From Candidatus Bathyarchaeia archaeon (GTDB taxonomy: Archaea; Thermoproteota; Bathyarchaeia; Bathyarchaeales; Bathycorpusculaceae), in NCBI GenBank assembly GCA_049516875.1, contig JBEKSS010000007.1:128001-192000 (forward strand): a stretch of DNA of 64,000 nucleotides. The letters are read 5' to 3'. Under the pieces are notes generated by a model. It did not search any database. It saw nothing but the letters and a program-made list of their open reading frames with translations, and was not told the origin of the DNA. Shown here one piece after another: positions 10,081 to 19,717 of this stretch. Numbering within the stretch: the first letter of the stretch is position 1; each line of letters begins with the position of its first letter. A program made the translations under genes and the position numbers.

Positions 10081-11295
10081 TTGAAGTCAATTGCTTTTGT
10101 ACAGCAGGCGTTTAGAGAATATTACACGAAAGGATTCTCTTTCAGTGAAAACTTATCAATGATTGAGAAACGCGAATTCGGCTTCGCCTTGTTTGAGGGG
10201 TGGATGCTCCGCCATAAGAATTTTGACACCAGAAATGAATTAATCTCCTTTCTGGGCGACTCAGTGCCGCGAGATGCCTATTTCTCATGCGCCTACTATG
10301 AAGACCCGCAGGCTGCGATGGAAAAGAAAGGTTGGTCCGGCGCGGACTTGGTTTTTGACATTGATGCTGACCATATTCCTACATCCTGCGACAAAGTTCA
10401 TGATCTATGGACTTGCGGCAAGTGCGGCTTCACAGGAAAGGGAGTTGTGCCAGAAAATTGTCCGGTTTGTGGTGGTGAAAAGTTCGACGAAAGCACTTGG
10501 CCCTGCGAAGCTTGTCTAGCCTCCGCAAAGCATGAAACTATGAAGCTTTTGGACATATTAATGAAGGATTTCGGCTTTTCTGACAAAGAAATTCGAGTAT
10601 TCTTTTCAGGGCATAGAGGTTATCACGTGCACGTTGAAAATGAAGCCATCAAAGATCTTGACAGTGTCGCCCGCAAGGAAATTGTTGATTATGTCTGCGG
10701 CTTAGGTTTAGACATTCCTTCCCACGGGCTGGATGAGAAAAGGGTGAAGGTGTTGAGTCTGAACGATCCTGGCTGGCGAGGACGAATCGCCAAAGGGATT
10801 CATAACTTTGTCTTCATTGCTGAGGCACAGGATTACAGAGACGTAGGGCTGAAAGGAAATGTTGCTGAGGCCATGGTCAAGAACAAGGGAGCAATTTTAA
10901 GGAACTTAAACGAATCAAAGCCTTGGGAGGCAGTGAAAGGAGTGGGCCCTGAAACGTGGAAGAAGATAATAGAACACTTCGTAATGTCGCAGTCTGCTAA
11001 CGTTGACACAGTTGTTACAACGGACACTCACCGTCTAATCAGGCTGGGATGCACATTGCATGGCAAAACAGGGCTGAAAAAAACGGAGTTTCCAGTCCCA
11101 GCCATAAACGACTTTGACCCATTCAAAAGTGCGATAGCCTTTAGAGAAGGCACAGCCACCGTCTTAGTCTCCAATGCACCTGAGTTTAGGCTGGGTGACC
11201 AAACGTTCGGTCCTTACAAAAATCAGAAAATTGAGTTGCCAACGGCAGCTGCTGTGCTCCTGATTTGCAGAAAAAGAGCAGAGGTAATAGAATAG
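10081..11295 (+). CDS. priS: DNA primase small (catalytic) subunit
   Basis: REFGF, DLVFDIDAD, FSGHRGYHVH, D..VT.D..RLIR motifs; Zn-ribbon insert. Confidence 0.95.
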   Translation: MKSIAFVQQAFREYYTKGFSFSENLSMIEKREFGFALFEGWMLRHKNFDTRNELISFLGDSVPRDAYFSCAYYEDPQAAMEKKGWSGADLVFDIDADHIPTSCDKVHDLWTCGKCGFTGKGVVPENCPVCGGEKFDESTWPCEACLASAKHETMKLLDILMKDFGFSDKEIRVFFSGHRGYHVHVENEAIKDLDSVARKEIVDYVCGLGLDIPSHGLDEKRVKVLSLNDPGWRGRIAKGIHNFVFIAEAQDYRDVGLKGNVAEAMVKNKGAILRNLNESKPWEAVKGVGPETWKKIIEHFVMSQSANVDTVVTTDTHRLIRLGCTLHGKTGLKKTEFPVPAINDFDPFKSAIAFREGTATVLVSNAPEFRLGDQTFGPYKNQKIELPTAAAVLLICRKRAEVIE

Positions 11296-11297
11296 AA

Positions 11298-11846
11298 ATG
11301 TACAGTCAATTGTATGAAATTTGGAAACAAGAACTCGAAGACGCTGAACTGGCTAAGCTTCCACCAGACTTTTACACGGGAATCGTTGAATATGTGAAAA
11401 AGCTCAAAGAAGAAAGCAGAATGCTCGACAAAAGAACGGTAAAGGCGAATCTTCTCAGAAAAGAAATGCAGAATATGAAACTCATGATATGGGAACTGAT
11501 TTGGGTAAGATGTCGGAAGATTGTCAACAAAGCAGCGAAGGGTGAAGATGTCTCTCGAGAAGCATTGACGGCTGAGGAAGAACAGATTTATGGGAAGATT
11601 TCACCGTTGGTTGAGACCGCATCGAATTTTGCCACAGAAATCTTGCATGGACATGAGCCTCGAACCATAACTGACCTAAGGCACAAGAGGATTACCGTGC
11701 GTATATTAAATGATGTTCCTGCAATAGTTGGTGCGGACATGAAAACTTATGGGCCATTCAGGACTGAGGATGTTGCATCCTTGCCTGTTGAGAACGCTAA
11801 GATTCTCGTTAGACAGGGTTTGGCCGAAAAGATCGTAGTAGGCTAG
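11298..11846 (+). CDS. GINS complex subunit Gins15/Gins51
   Basis: LPPDFY, LT.EE, C-terminal B-domain DVPAIVGADMKTYGPF; follows priS. Confidence 0.85.
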   Translation: MYSQLYEIWKQELEDAELAKLPPDFYTGIVEYVKKLKEESRMLDKRTVKANLLRKEMQNMKLMIWELIWVRCRKIVNKAAKGEDVSREALTAEEEQIYGKISPLVETASNFATEILHGHEPRTITDLRHKRITVRILNDVPAIVGADMKTYGPFRTEDVASLPVENAKILVRQGLAEKIVVG

Positions 11847-12079
11847 TCAACTGCGCGTGCCATCTCCACGGTATGTTACATGAATATTTTTGGGGCGTAC
11901 GAGCTTTTTTAGGTTTTGCATCACTACAACATTCTATCCAAACGCGATGTTTATGGATACAGCTTTAGGGCTTCTCAGAAGCTTGTGTGCCATTCGGCAT
12001 CTATTCGAGTTGAACGAAGAAAGCGAAAAAGTATAAGAACATGTGTGGTTTTCTTTATGCGAAGTTAGCCGTGATGGAT

Positions 12080-12355
12080 TTGAACGTTCCGAAAGGGGTC
12101 AGGACATATTGCCCAAAGTGTAAACAGCATCAGGCTCACACTGTCACTCTTTACAAGGTTGGCAAGCCGAGAGCCTTGGCTAAAGGTGCGCGTCAACACG
12201 CGCGAAAAAAGAGAGGTTACGGTGGGCAGAAGTATCCGCTTCAGAGAGAGTTTGCGAAGACAACGAAGAAGCAGACTTTGAAGTTGAAATGCAGGGTCTG
12301 CGGTTTCATGAGGCATAAGGACGGTATACGGCTGAGGAAATTGGCTATTGTGTGA
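12080..12355 (+). CDS. rpl44e: 50S ribosomal protein L44e
   Basis: TYCPKC, GYGGQKYP, KTTKK, KCRVCG; probable TTG 12080. Confidence 0.95.
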   Translation: MNVPKGVRTYCPKCKQHQAHTVTLYKVGKPRALAKGARQHARKKRGYGGQKYPLQREFAKTTKKQTLKLKCRVCGFMRHKDGIRLRKLAIV

Positions 12356-12374
12356 TTGTTTAGAGATGATGTCT

Positions 12375-12572
12375 ATGTCTGATTGGGAAAGACTCATTCC
12401 AAGACCAAGAAGCAGTTTCGTCCGAGTAAAGTGTCTGAAATGCGGGAACGAACAAATAGTTTTCAGCAGCGCAGTTAACAAAGTGAATTGCAACGTTTGT
12501 GGAATTGAACTTGCCGAACCGTCAAGCGGGAAAGCAAAGATCAAGGGCGAAATAGTCGCGGTTTTCGAGTAG
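12375..12572 (+). CDS. rps27e: 30S ribosomal protein S27e
   Basis: PRSSFVRVKCLKCGNEQIVF...CNVCG..LAEP. Confidence 0.95.
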   Translation: MSDWERLIPRPRSSFVRVKCLKCGNEQIVFSSAVNKVNCNVCGIELAEPSSGKAKIKGEIVAVFE

Positions 12573-12586
12573 GGATGAAGGTCGCG

Positions 12587-13375
12587 ATGGCGCTTAGGAA
12601 GTTGGAGTGGCCCGAGACTGGCGACTTGGTGATGGCCACTGTGGAAACCGTCACGGATTTCGGTGCTTATGTAAAATTAGATGAATATAACAAGAAAGGG
12701 TTACTACACGTTTCCGAAATATCTTCATCTTGGATTCGAAACATCCGCGATTTTGTCCGCGAGGGACAGAAGCTTGTTTTAAAGGTTTTGCGTGTCGACC
12801 CTGAAAAAGGGCACGTAGACTTGTCCCTGAGACGAGTGACGAAGAGAGAAAAAATTGAGAAGACAATGGCTTGGAAAAAGGAGAGGAAAGCCGAAGCTTT
12901 GATTCGAGGCGTCGCCGAGAAAACTGGTATATCCTTACAGGAGATTTACGACAAAGCTGGAACCCTCATGGAAAACGAATACGGATTGTACGAGGGTTTC
13001 GAAAAAGCCGTAAAAGAAGGCGCGGAATCTCTGATGAAAATAGGTGTGCCTGAAGAGATTGCCAAAGCGATTCTTGAGGTCGGTCAGGAAAGGATACGCG
13101 TGCCAATGGTCAGAGTAAAAGGACTGGTCGAACTTCGATGCATAAAGCCGAATGGAGTGAAAATCATAAGGGAAGCTTTTTCAAACGCTAGGAAAACAGA
13201 AAAGCTTGGCAGCACGAAGCTTCGTTTTTATGTGATTGCCGCTCCGAAATACAGCATTGAAGTTTTGGCTGAGGACTACAAGCATGCTGAAGACACATTT
13301 CAAAGGGTAGCCCAAAACGTGGTTTCAAACGTCACCAAAGCTGGTGGACAGGGCAGCTTTAAGAGGGAAAAGTGA
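12587..13375 (+). CDS. eif2a: Translation initiation factor 2 alpha subunit
   Basis: S1 domain GAYVKLDEY, LHVSE, DLSLRRV; AAPKY; conserved synteny. Confidence 0.95.
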   Translation: MALRKLEWPETGDLVMATVETVTDFGAYVKLDEYNKKGLLHVSEISSSWIRNIRDFVREGQKLVLKVLRVDPEKGHVDLSLRRVTKREKIEKTMAWKKERKAEALIRGVAEKTGISLQEIYDKAGTLMENEYGLYEGFEKAVKEGAESLMKIGVPEEIAKAILEVGQERIRVPMVRVKGLVELRCIKPNGVKIIREAFSNARKTEKLGSTKLRFYVIAAPKYSIEVLAEDYKHAEDTFQRVAQNVVSNVTKAGGQGSFKREK

Positions 13376-13545
13376 TGGTCTGGCTGTTGAGGAGATGTGA
13401 GCAGTGTGAAGGTTACACACTGAAGAAGGGCGTATGCCCATATTGCGGCGGAGGGGTTAGAGTGCCGCACCCGCCAAAATTCTCACCTGATGACAAATAT
13501 CTCAAGTACCGGATGGCCTTGAAGCTGGAGAGTGAAAACGAGTGA
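13375..13545 (+). CDS. nop10: H/ACA RNP protein Nop10 (absent from ORF track)
   Basis: Hand translation MVWLLRRCEQCEGYTLKKGVCPYCGGGVRVPHPPKFSPDDKYLKYR; overlaps aIF2-alpha stop. Confidence 0.95.
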   Translation: MVWLLRRCEQCEGYTLKKGVCPYCGGGVRVPHPPKFSPDDKYLKYRMALKLESENE

Positions 13546-14315
13546 AGGAGACAGTCATCAAAGAACTCAAGAAGGTCGATCTGAACAACCCCGTCCTAAT
13601 CGAGGGGTTACCGGGCTTAGGGCTCGTCGGCAAAATCGCCATACGCTATTTAGTAAAGGGGTTGAAGGCAGAAAAGTTGGCTTACATTTATTCACCGCAC
13701 TTCCCATACTTTGTGCTTGTGAGCAAGAAAGGAAACGTACGGCTCTTGCGTGGAACATTCTATTTCTGGAAGAACAAGAACAGAAAGAACGACTTCATTC
13801 TCTTCACGGGTGACAGTCAAGCACAAACGATTGAAGGGCAATACGAGATTTCTAACAGCATTTTGGGCTTTGCTAAGAAATGTAACGTGAAGACCATCAT
13901 AACGATAGGTGGTTACCGGATGGAAGCCAAGGACAAGCCGAAAGTTGTCGCCGCTGCGACAAACCAAGAGTTACTGACCAAAGCACTACAGGCTGGTGCT
14001 GAGATCAGTCCGACAGGAAGCCCTATCGTGGGCACTGCTGGTCTAATCTTAGGCCTCTCTCATTTCAAGAAGATCGATGCTCTCTGCCTCTTGGGAGAAA
14101 CGCGTGGATACCTGCCAGATCCGAAGTCGGCCAAAAGTGTCTTGGAAGTGTTACAATCACTCCTTGGTTTTGATGTAAGCTCGACTGGACTCGACGAGGA
14201 AATTGTCAAAGCAGACAAGATGGTTACACGTTTGCAGAAGATTGAAGAAAAGAGAACGTTGGAAGCTGAGGAAACACGGAAAGAAGAGGACAAGAAAGTA
14301 ACATACATTTCCTAG
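13542..14315 (+). CDS. PAC2 family proteasome assembly chaperone
   Basis: IEGLPGLGLVGKI, TGDSQ, LLGET.GY.PDP; usual position after nop10. Confidence 0.9.
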   Translation: MKETVIKELKKVDLNNPVLIEGLPGLGLVGKIAIRYLVKGLKAEKLAYIYSPHFPYFVLVSKKGNVRLLRGTFYFWKNKNRKNDFILFTGDSQAQTIEGQYEISNSILGFAKKCNVKTIITIGGYRMEAKDKPKVVAAATNQELLTKALQAGAEISPTGSPIVGTAGLILGLSHFKKIDALCLLGETRGYLPDPKSAKSVLEVLQSLLGFDVSSTGLDEEIVKADKMVTRLQKIEEKRTLEAEETRKEEDKKVTYIS

Positions 14316-14321
14316 GTACCA

Positions 14322-15413
14322 TTAAGAGACCATTTCTTGCTTGATTATTCGCACGATTCTTTCGGCAGCTCTGCTATCTCCATAGGGGGATATCTTCGGC
14401 AAGGTTCTTGGCCGTTCCAATGTCGTTTTCATTTTTTCTAGTATTATTTCTTTTTCTATGCCAACTACTTGCGCGAAGCCCGCGCTCACAGCCTCAGGCC
14501 TTTCGGTGGAGAGGCGCATGACCAAAACAGGTTTCCTGATGCATGGTGCCGTCGCCTCTTCTTGTATCCCTCCAGAATCGGTCAGTATCATTTCACAGTT
14601 CTTCATCAAAACGAGGAAATCTAGGTAGCCGAGCGGTGGCAAGATCTGCACATTTTCTGACTTCATGATCTTGTCATAGATCCTGTTTTGCCGCAGTCTT
14701 TTCTTGGTGCGTGGATGCATTGGGTAAACAACTGGGATAGGTGCCTCAGCAAGGACTTCTATGAAGTTATTTAGAACAAGCAGGTCGTCTACGTTCTCCG
14801 CCCTGTGAGCCGTTGCTAAAGCAAATCTTTTAAAATCAATGCACTTTAATATTTTTGATTTTTTCTCTGCCAATGGCAGGTGCTGGGTCACTGCATCTAT
14901 CACCGTGTTTCCAGTGAGGTAGATTTTGCCCCACACATTCTCTTTTTCAAGGTTGTTCTCGGCCGTTTTGGTGGGTGCAAACAAGTACGATGAGATGTGA
15001 TCCGTTAAGCGTCTGTTGTGTTCCTCCGGCATGCGTAGGTCATGACTTCTGAGTCCTGCTTCAACGTGTCCTACGGGCGTTCCAAGCTTAACCGCAGCCA
15101 AGGCCGTGGCTAGCACTCCGTTTGTGTCTCCTTCAGCCAAAACTAGTGAGTGCAGAGTCCTCATTAGTAGTTGTTCCATGCGGATCATTATCTGGGCCGT
15201 TTGTGCACCTTGAGAGAATGTTTTCAGTTTATATCCGTAATCAGGTTTTGGGAGCCCAAGGTCTTCAATGAATTGTTGCGACATGTTATAATCATAGTGT
15301 TGGCCGCAGTGCACGAACGTGAAGGGCACGTTACCTCTCCGCAAGGCTCTGATAAGAGGTGCCATTTTTATTATCTCAGGACGTGTTCCCACAACGACCA
15401 TTACGGGTTTCAT
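14322..15413 (-). CDS. wecB: UDP-N-acetylglucosamine 2-epimerase (non-hydrolysing)
   Basis: GTRPEIIK, GQHYD, HVEAGLRS, PEEHNR, TDSGGIQEEA, TERPE. Confidence 0.95.
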   Translation of the reverse strand: MKPVMVVVGTRPEIIKMAPLIRALRRGNVPFTFVHCGQHYDYNMSQQFIEDLGLPKPDYGYKLKTFSQGAQTAQIMIRMEQLLMRTLHSLVLAEGDTNGVLATALAAVKLGTPVGHVEAGLRSHDLRMPEEHNRRLTDHISSYLFAPTKTAENNLEKENVWGKIYLTGNTVIDAVTQHLPLAEKKSKILKCIDFKRFALATAHRAENVDDLLVLNNFIEVLAEAPIPVVYPMHPRTKKRLRQNRIYDKIMKSENVQILPPLGYLDFLVLMKNCEMILTDSGGIQEEATAPCIRKPVLVMRLSTERPEAVSAGFAQVVGIEKEIILEKMKTTLERPRTLPKISPYGDSRAAERIVRIIKQEMVS

Positions 15414-15622
15414 CAGATATTCACGAATGCAACATTTGAGAATTCATGTCTTTTAACGTTTCCCAGAAGATAGAATCACTACGTACGCCGCTGAAGTTTA
15501 ATTGAAGCATGCGCGCCTGCCATGAATCGTGGCATAATAATGGGTGATGCCAATATCATGGTGATTATCGATCGCTCCGTCTCAGGCTTGCTATGTGCTA
15601 GGAAAGTCGAGCAGCTAGCATT

Positions 15623-17659
15623 TTATGTCTTTTTCAGGTAGCCTTGTCTGGGTTCGTAAATTGTTCCTTCGCGTAGCAGTTGTCCTACGAGACGGTCTGT
15701 ATCTCCTCTTGGAATCTTGTATTTCGTTTCAAGCTCGTCTAACAGTGCTGCTCTTTCGACCATTCCTGTTTCTTTTTCCATTTCCATCAGAGCTGAGAGA
15801 ATTATTTGCAGTCGATCTCTCATGCTTTTTGGTTTTCCTGTCATAATGATGTCTATGTCTATTTTGTACGAGGATAGATCTATGCCGACTTCTTCGAGTG
15901 ATCTTTTCATGATTGCGACTGCGGCTTCTGCGTCTTCAGCTGTTACTTCCTTTCTGAGAGCCACCCGGGCTCTTGCTTCGGCTGTGCGTACGAGGGACTC
16001 CAGCTGCCGTGCGGTAATTGCTACGGGTGAACCTTCTGCTTCGCTGGCTGAACGCATCGCCAGGTAGAAATCCTTGAGACGTTTTAGAGCTTCTTGGCCT
16101 AGAACAGGCTTTACTCCTTTGGCGTAGCCGATGTATTTTCGCAAGAGTTCCACGGGTATGGGTGGTTCAACAGGGCTGGAACCTTTTCTGTGGATTTCGA
16201 GGATGTGTTCCGACATCTTGCTGTCTGATTCCTTGTTCGGTACATCCCTCAATACAAAGATCAAATCGAACCTGGAGAGTATTGTGACTGGCAAAGAGAT
16301 GTTTTCAGCTACAGTGCGATGCGGTTCGTATCTTCCCAATGAAGGATTTGCAGCGGCAAGTATTGCTGTTCGGGCGTTGAGTGTGGCAACAATGCCGCCT
16401 TTTGCAACTGAAACGGTGTGCTGTTCCATAGCTTCATGAATGGCCACTCTGTCTTCTGGGCGCATCTTATCCATTTCGTCTATGCATGCAATTCCTTTGT
16501 CAGCCAGCACCAGGGCTCCGGCTTCAAGGCTCATTCCGCCCCCTTTTTCTCGGATGACTGCGGCGGTCAGGCCTGCAGCTGTGGTGCCCCGTCCAGAAGT
16601 GTATAGCCCGCGTGGTGCGATTCGTGCTACGTACTGCAGTAATTGAGATTTTGCAGTTCCAGGGTCTCCGACTATAAGTGCGTTTAGTTCCCCTCTTATC
16701 GAGATGTCTGGGAGAGTCTTTGGCACACCTCCGAATAGGAGGTACATTATCGCCTCTTTGATGTGATCATAGCCGTAGATTGACGGGGCTATCGAGCTTA
16801 TGATTTTGCGATGCACCCAAGGATCCTTTGCGAGTTCGAGGATTTTTTCTTCTTCCTCTGGTGATGGAAGTGCTGTTTCGGGTTCTTTGCCCAGAACCTC
16901 AATCGAGTTGGCGTCCAAGTGTAGAATGAAGGTGCGAAGTTTTCCGACCCCTGGCAGTGTTGGCGCGAGAGCGTGTACTTCTCCAACTATGGAAACGTCG
17001 TCGCCAGGTCTTGCGATGTCAACGATTTCGCTTCCTATCAGTTTGATGCTCAGCGTCCTTGGCAGTTGTCCAGGTGGCAAGTCTTCGGGTCTTTCTTGCG
17101 CTCTTAGATCTTGAGAGTCTATGAAGGTCGATTCATCTTGGACGAATTCGAATGGGCCTTTTGATCCGCAATCTGGGCTGCTGCATTCGAAAGGTGCTTT
17201 CACGTACGTGCCTGTCTGGTTCACGGGATTTAACGTCCCGCATCTCTTGCATTTGAATGCTGCTTGCATTACCATGGGGCGGACTGGTGATGAACGAACT
17301 ACGATTCCTTCAACCATTACGAGTCTGCCAATCTGCTGTGAACCAAGTTTACGCAACGGCGCTGCTTCTAACAGCCGCACGATCCGAACGTTTACCGTTG
17401 CGGCTTTTTCGGCGTATTCTGGATCTTCTATCTGCAGTTGCGCGTAAGCAGCGTTGTTGGCATGCTTAAGGTATTCGTCGGGTTTTTCCAGAAGCTCCTC
17501 GGCAAGCCTTTGATCAAAGGCCAGAAGATCTTCAAAACCAACCGTCAACGATGTCGTGCCTGCTACCGCCATCTGTGAGATTCTTTGACGGTATCGTTCG
17601 GTTTTTAGGAAATCTTGGAATCGTTCTTGTGGGTCTATCGCTTCTAGTTCTTCAGTCAT
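15623..17659 (-). CDS. mcm: Replicative helicase MCM
   Basis: GDPGTAKSQ Walker A, IDEMDK, SRFD arginine finger, Zn finger; no intein; probable ATG 17659. Confidence 0.97.
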   Translation of the reverse strand: MTEELEAIDPQERFQDFLKTERYRQRISQMAVAGTTSLTVGFEDLLAFDQRLAEELLEKPDEYLKHANNAAYAQLQIEDPEYAEKAATVNVRIVRLLEAAPLRKLGSQQIGRLVMVEGIVVRSSPVRPMVMQAAFKCKRCGTLNPVNQTGTYVKAPFECSSPDCGSKGPFEFVQDESTFIDSQDLRAQERPEDLPPGQLPRTLSIKLIGSEIVDIARPGDDVSIVGEVHALAPTLPGVGKLRTFILHLDANSIEVLGKEPETALPSPEEEEKILELAKDPWVHRKIISSIAPSIYGYDHIKEAIMYLLFGGVPKTLPDISIRGELNALIVGDPGTAKSQLLQYVARIAPRGLYTSGRGTTAAGLTAAVIREKGGGMSLEAGALVLADKGIACIDEMDKMRPEDRVAIHEAMEQHTVSVAKGGIVATLNARTAILAAANPSLGRYEPHRTVAENISLPVTILSRFDLIFVLRDVPNKESDSKMSEHILEIHRKGSSPVEPPIPVELLRKYIGYAKGVKPVLGQEALKRLKDFYLAMRSASEAEGSPVAITARQLESLVRTAEARARVALRKEVTAEDAEAAVAIMKRSLEEVGIDLSSYKIDIDIIMTGKPKSMRDRLQIILSALMEMEKETGMVERAALLDELETKYKIPRGDTDRLVGQLLREGTIYEPRQGYLKKT

Positions 17660-18225
17660 TTGCGTCCCTCTTGCTGTTCTATGATTTGGGTCTTCCACTG
17701 ACTGATAAGTTTGAACAGTTTTTCATAAAGAAACTTTTCTTCGTCTGCAAGATTTCTGAGCGCACTTTCTGTTTGAGCAGGAATGGAGGCGATTGAGATG
17801 ATTTTCTTCAGTCTTGAGTTTATGATATCCTGAGCCAGTTGTCTGACTCTTTCGTGTTCCCGCATTTTTTCAGGATCTCTCACAATTTCTGCTTTCAATT
17901 TTGTGAGGTATCTTCGAACCTTTGGGTAGAAATTTTCAGGCAGTCTAGATATTTGGCCAGGGCTTTGTATGCGTTCAGTCCATTGGATCTTGTTAAGCTT
18001 GGCCGCGTCCACTTGTTCTTCTTCACGAAAATGGGCGATTCCGGATTTTTCAAGCTCCAAGGCTACCCAGTAATAAACTTCGTATTCGTTTCCTTCCTCA
18101 AAAAGGTCCACGCTTAGGCCTCCGAGTTTGATTTCAGGGCAAGTTCTGTTTGCAATTACCTTCACTAGCGAGTTTTCAAAACAGAAATCTTGGAGCTCAA
18201 TTTTTGACGTGACAGTTCGTGGCAT
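17656..18225 (-). CDS. GINS complex subunit Gins23
   Basis: B-A domain order (YWVA.EL, LPENFY, RLKKI, NL..EE); directly upstream of mcm. Confidence 0.85.
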   Translation of the reverse strand: MPRTVTSKIELQDFCFENSLVKVIANRTCPEIKLGGLSVDLFEEGNEYEVYYWVALELEKSGIAHFREEEQVDAAKLNKIQWTERIQSPGQISRLPENFYPKVRRYLTKLKAEIVRDPEKMREHERVRQLAQDIINSRLKKIISIASIPAQTESALRNLADEEKFLYEKLFKLISQWKTQIIEQQEGRK

Positions 18226-18387
18226 CTTCTTCTCCTTCTCAACCCTCGGTATTGTGGTCTCTCGATACAGGACAACATATGAATGCTGCTGTTTAAAAGT
18301 TTAGATTAAAGAGCTTGACAGGATTCAAGATTGTGCGATTCTGCTTTTAGAGAAAAAATTGAAAGAGAGAGCGTATTTTTCATGTCA

Positions 18388-19644
18388 CTATGGCCAAAGG
18401 CCCAGAGTCTTTATTGCTTCCGCAACTCTTCCCACACCAAGCATCAGAGCGGCTGTGCGCATGTCGCTTTCTTCTTTCTTTGCTGTTCTATGGACATCAT
18501 TGAATGCTTTGACCATTTTGCTTTCCAATTTCCTGTTCACATCTTCCAACGACCAGCGTTCGCGTGTCAGATTTTGAACCCACTCAAAATAGCTCGCTGT
18601 GACTCCGCCCGAGTTCGCTAGGATGTCTGGAATGAGGACTATTCCTTTTTCGTGAAGCGCTTTGTCAGCTTCAGGCGTTGTTGGTCCGTTTGCTCCCTCA
18701 GCTACTATCTTTGCCTCTATTCTGTTTACGTTTGTTTTCGTTATCTGGTTTTCCAGTGCTGCAGGTATTAGTATGTCACATTTTGTTTCAAGTATCTCTT
18801 TGTTTGTGACGTTTTCGCTTCCTTCGAAGTTAGTGACAGATCCAGTTTTAGACTTATGTTCATAGACTCTGTAAGGGTTCAAACCTTTGGAAGAGCAGAT
18901 TCCACCAGTTGAATCGCTCACTGCCAATATCTTGCACCCCAAGTCGTATGCTATCTTGGCAGCGTTCCAGCCTACGTTGCCAAAGCCTTGAACCGCGGCT
19001 GTGGCTCCTTTCAGCTTCAGGCCAGTTTGTTTGGCGGCTTCTCTTGCGCAAACGACGACGCCTAGCGAGGTCGCTTCTGATCTTCCTTCTGAGCCGCCTA
19101 TGCTGAGGGGTTTTCCGGTGACGCATTCTGGGACGCTGTAGCCCCTTATCTGGCTGTAGGTGTCCATTATCCATGCCATGGTTTGGGCGTCTGTGTAGAC
19201 GTCGGGAGCTGGCACATCGCGGTATGGGCCGATGAAATCGTAGAGCAAGCTCGTATACCGTCTTGTCATTCTTTCTAGCTCGCCCTTTGACATTTTCTTC
19301 GGGTTACAGCAGACTCCTCCTTTCGCTCCGCCGTAGGGAATGTCTACCACTGCGCATTTCCACGTCATCCACATTGCCAGTGCGGCCACTTCGTCCAATG
19401 TGACCTTCGGATGGTATCTTATTCCTCCTTTGAATGGCCCCCTCGCATCCCAATGTTGCACGCGGCAACCACTGAAAACGCTTATGTTCCCGTCGTCCAT
19501 TTTCACTGAAATGGAGACGATGAGTGACCGTTTTGGATTTGCCAACATTTCACGTAATCCTGAGTCAAGTTTCAATCTTTCCGCTGCTATTGTCAGCTGC
19601 TCTAGGGCGACAGACAGTGCCGTTTGTGTTCCTGCCACGGACAA
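18388..19644 (-). CDS. gdhA: Glutamate dehydrogenase
   Basis: GPFKGGIRYHP, GGAKGG, DVPAPD, GFGNVG, EGANGP, SYFEW. Confidence 0.95.
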   Translation of the reverse strand: MSVAGTQTALSVALEQLTIAAERLKLDSGLREMLANPKRSLIVSISVKMDDGNISVFSGCRVQHWDARGPFKGGIRYHPKVTLDEVAALAMWMTWKCAVVDIPYGGAKGGVCCNPKKMSKGELERMTRRYTSLLYDFIGPYRDVPAPDVYTDAQTMAWIMDTYSQIRGYSVPECVTGKPLSIGGSEGRSEATSLGVVVCAREAAKQTGLKLKGATAAVQGFGNVGWNAAKIAYDLGCKILAVSDSTGGICSSKGLNPYRVYEHKSKTGSVTNFEGSENVTNKEILETKCDILIPAALENQITKTNVNRIEAKIVAEGANGPTTPEADKALHEKGIVLIPDILANSGGVTASYFEWVQNLTRERWSLEDVNRKLESKMVKAFNDVHRTAKKEESDMRTAALMLGVGRVAEAIKTLGLWP

Positions 19645-19717
19645 TTCCTTCAGTTCCTATGGCTGAGGCTTTAATGCATTTAAGCGTTGCCTAAAAAATC
19701 AAAAAAAGGAGGGTATG

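Noticed and set aside
9711-10084. Short ORFs upstream of priS
   Set aside because: No motifs; AT-rich spacer or decayed island edge.
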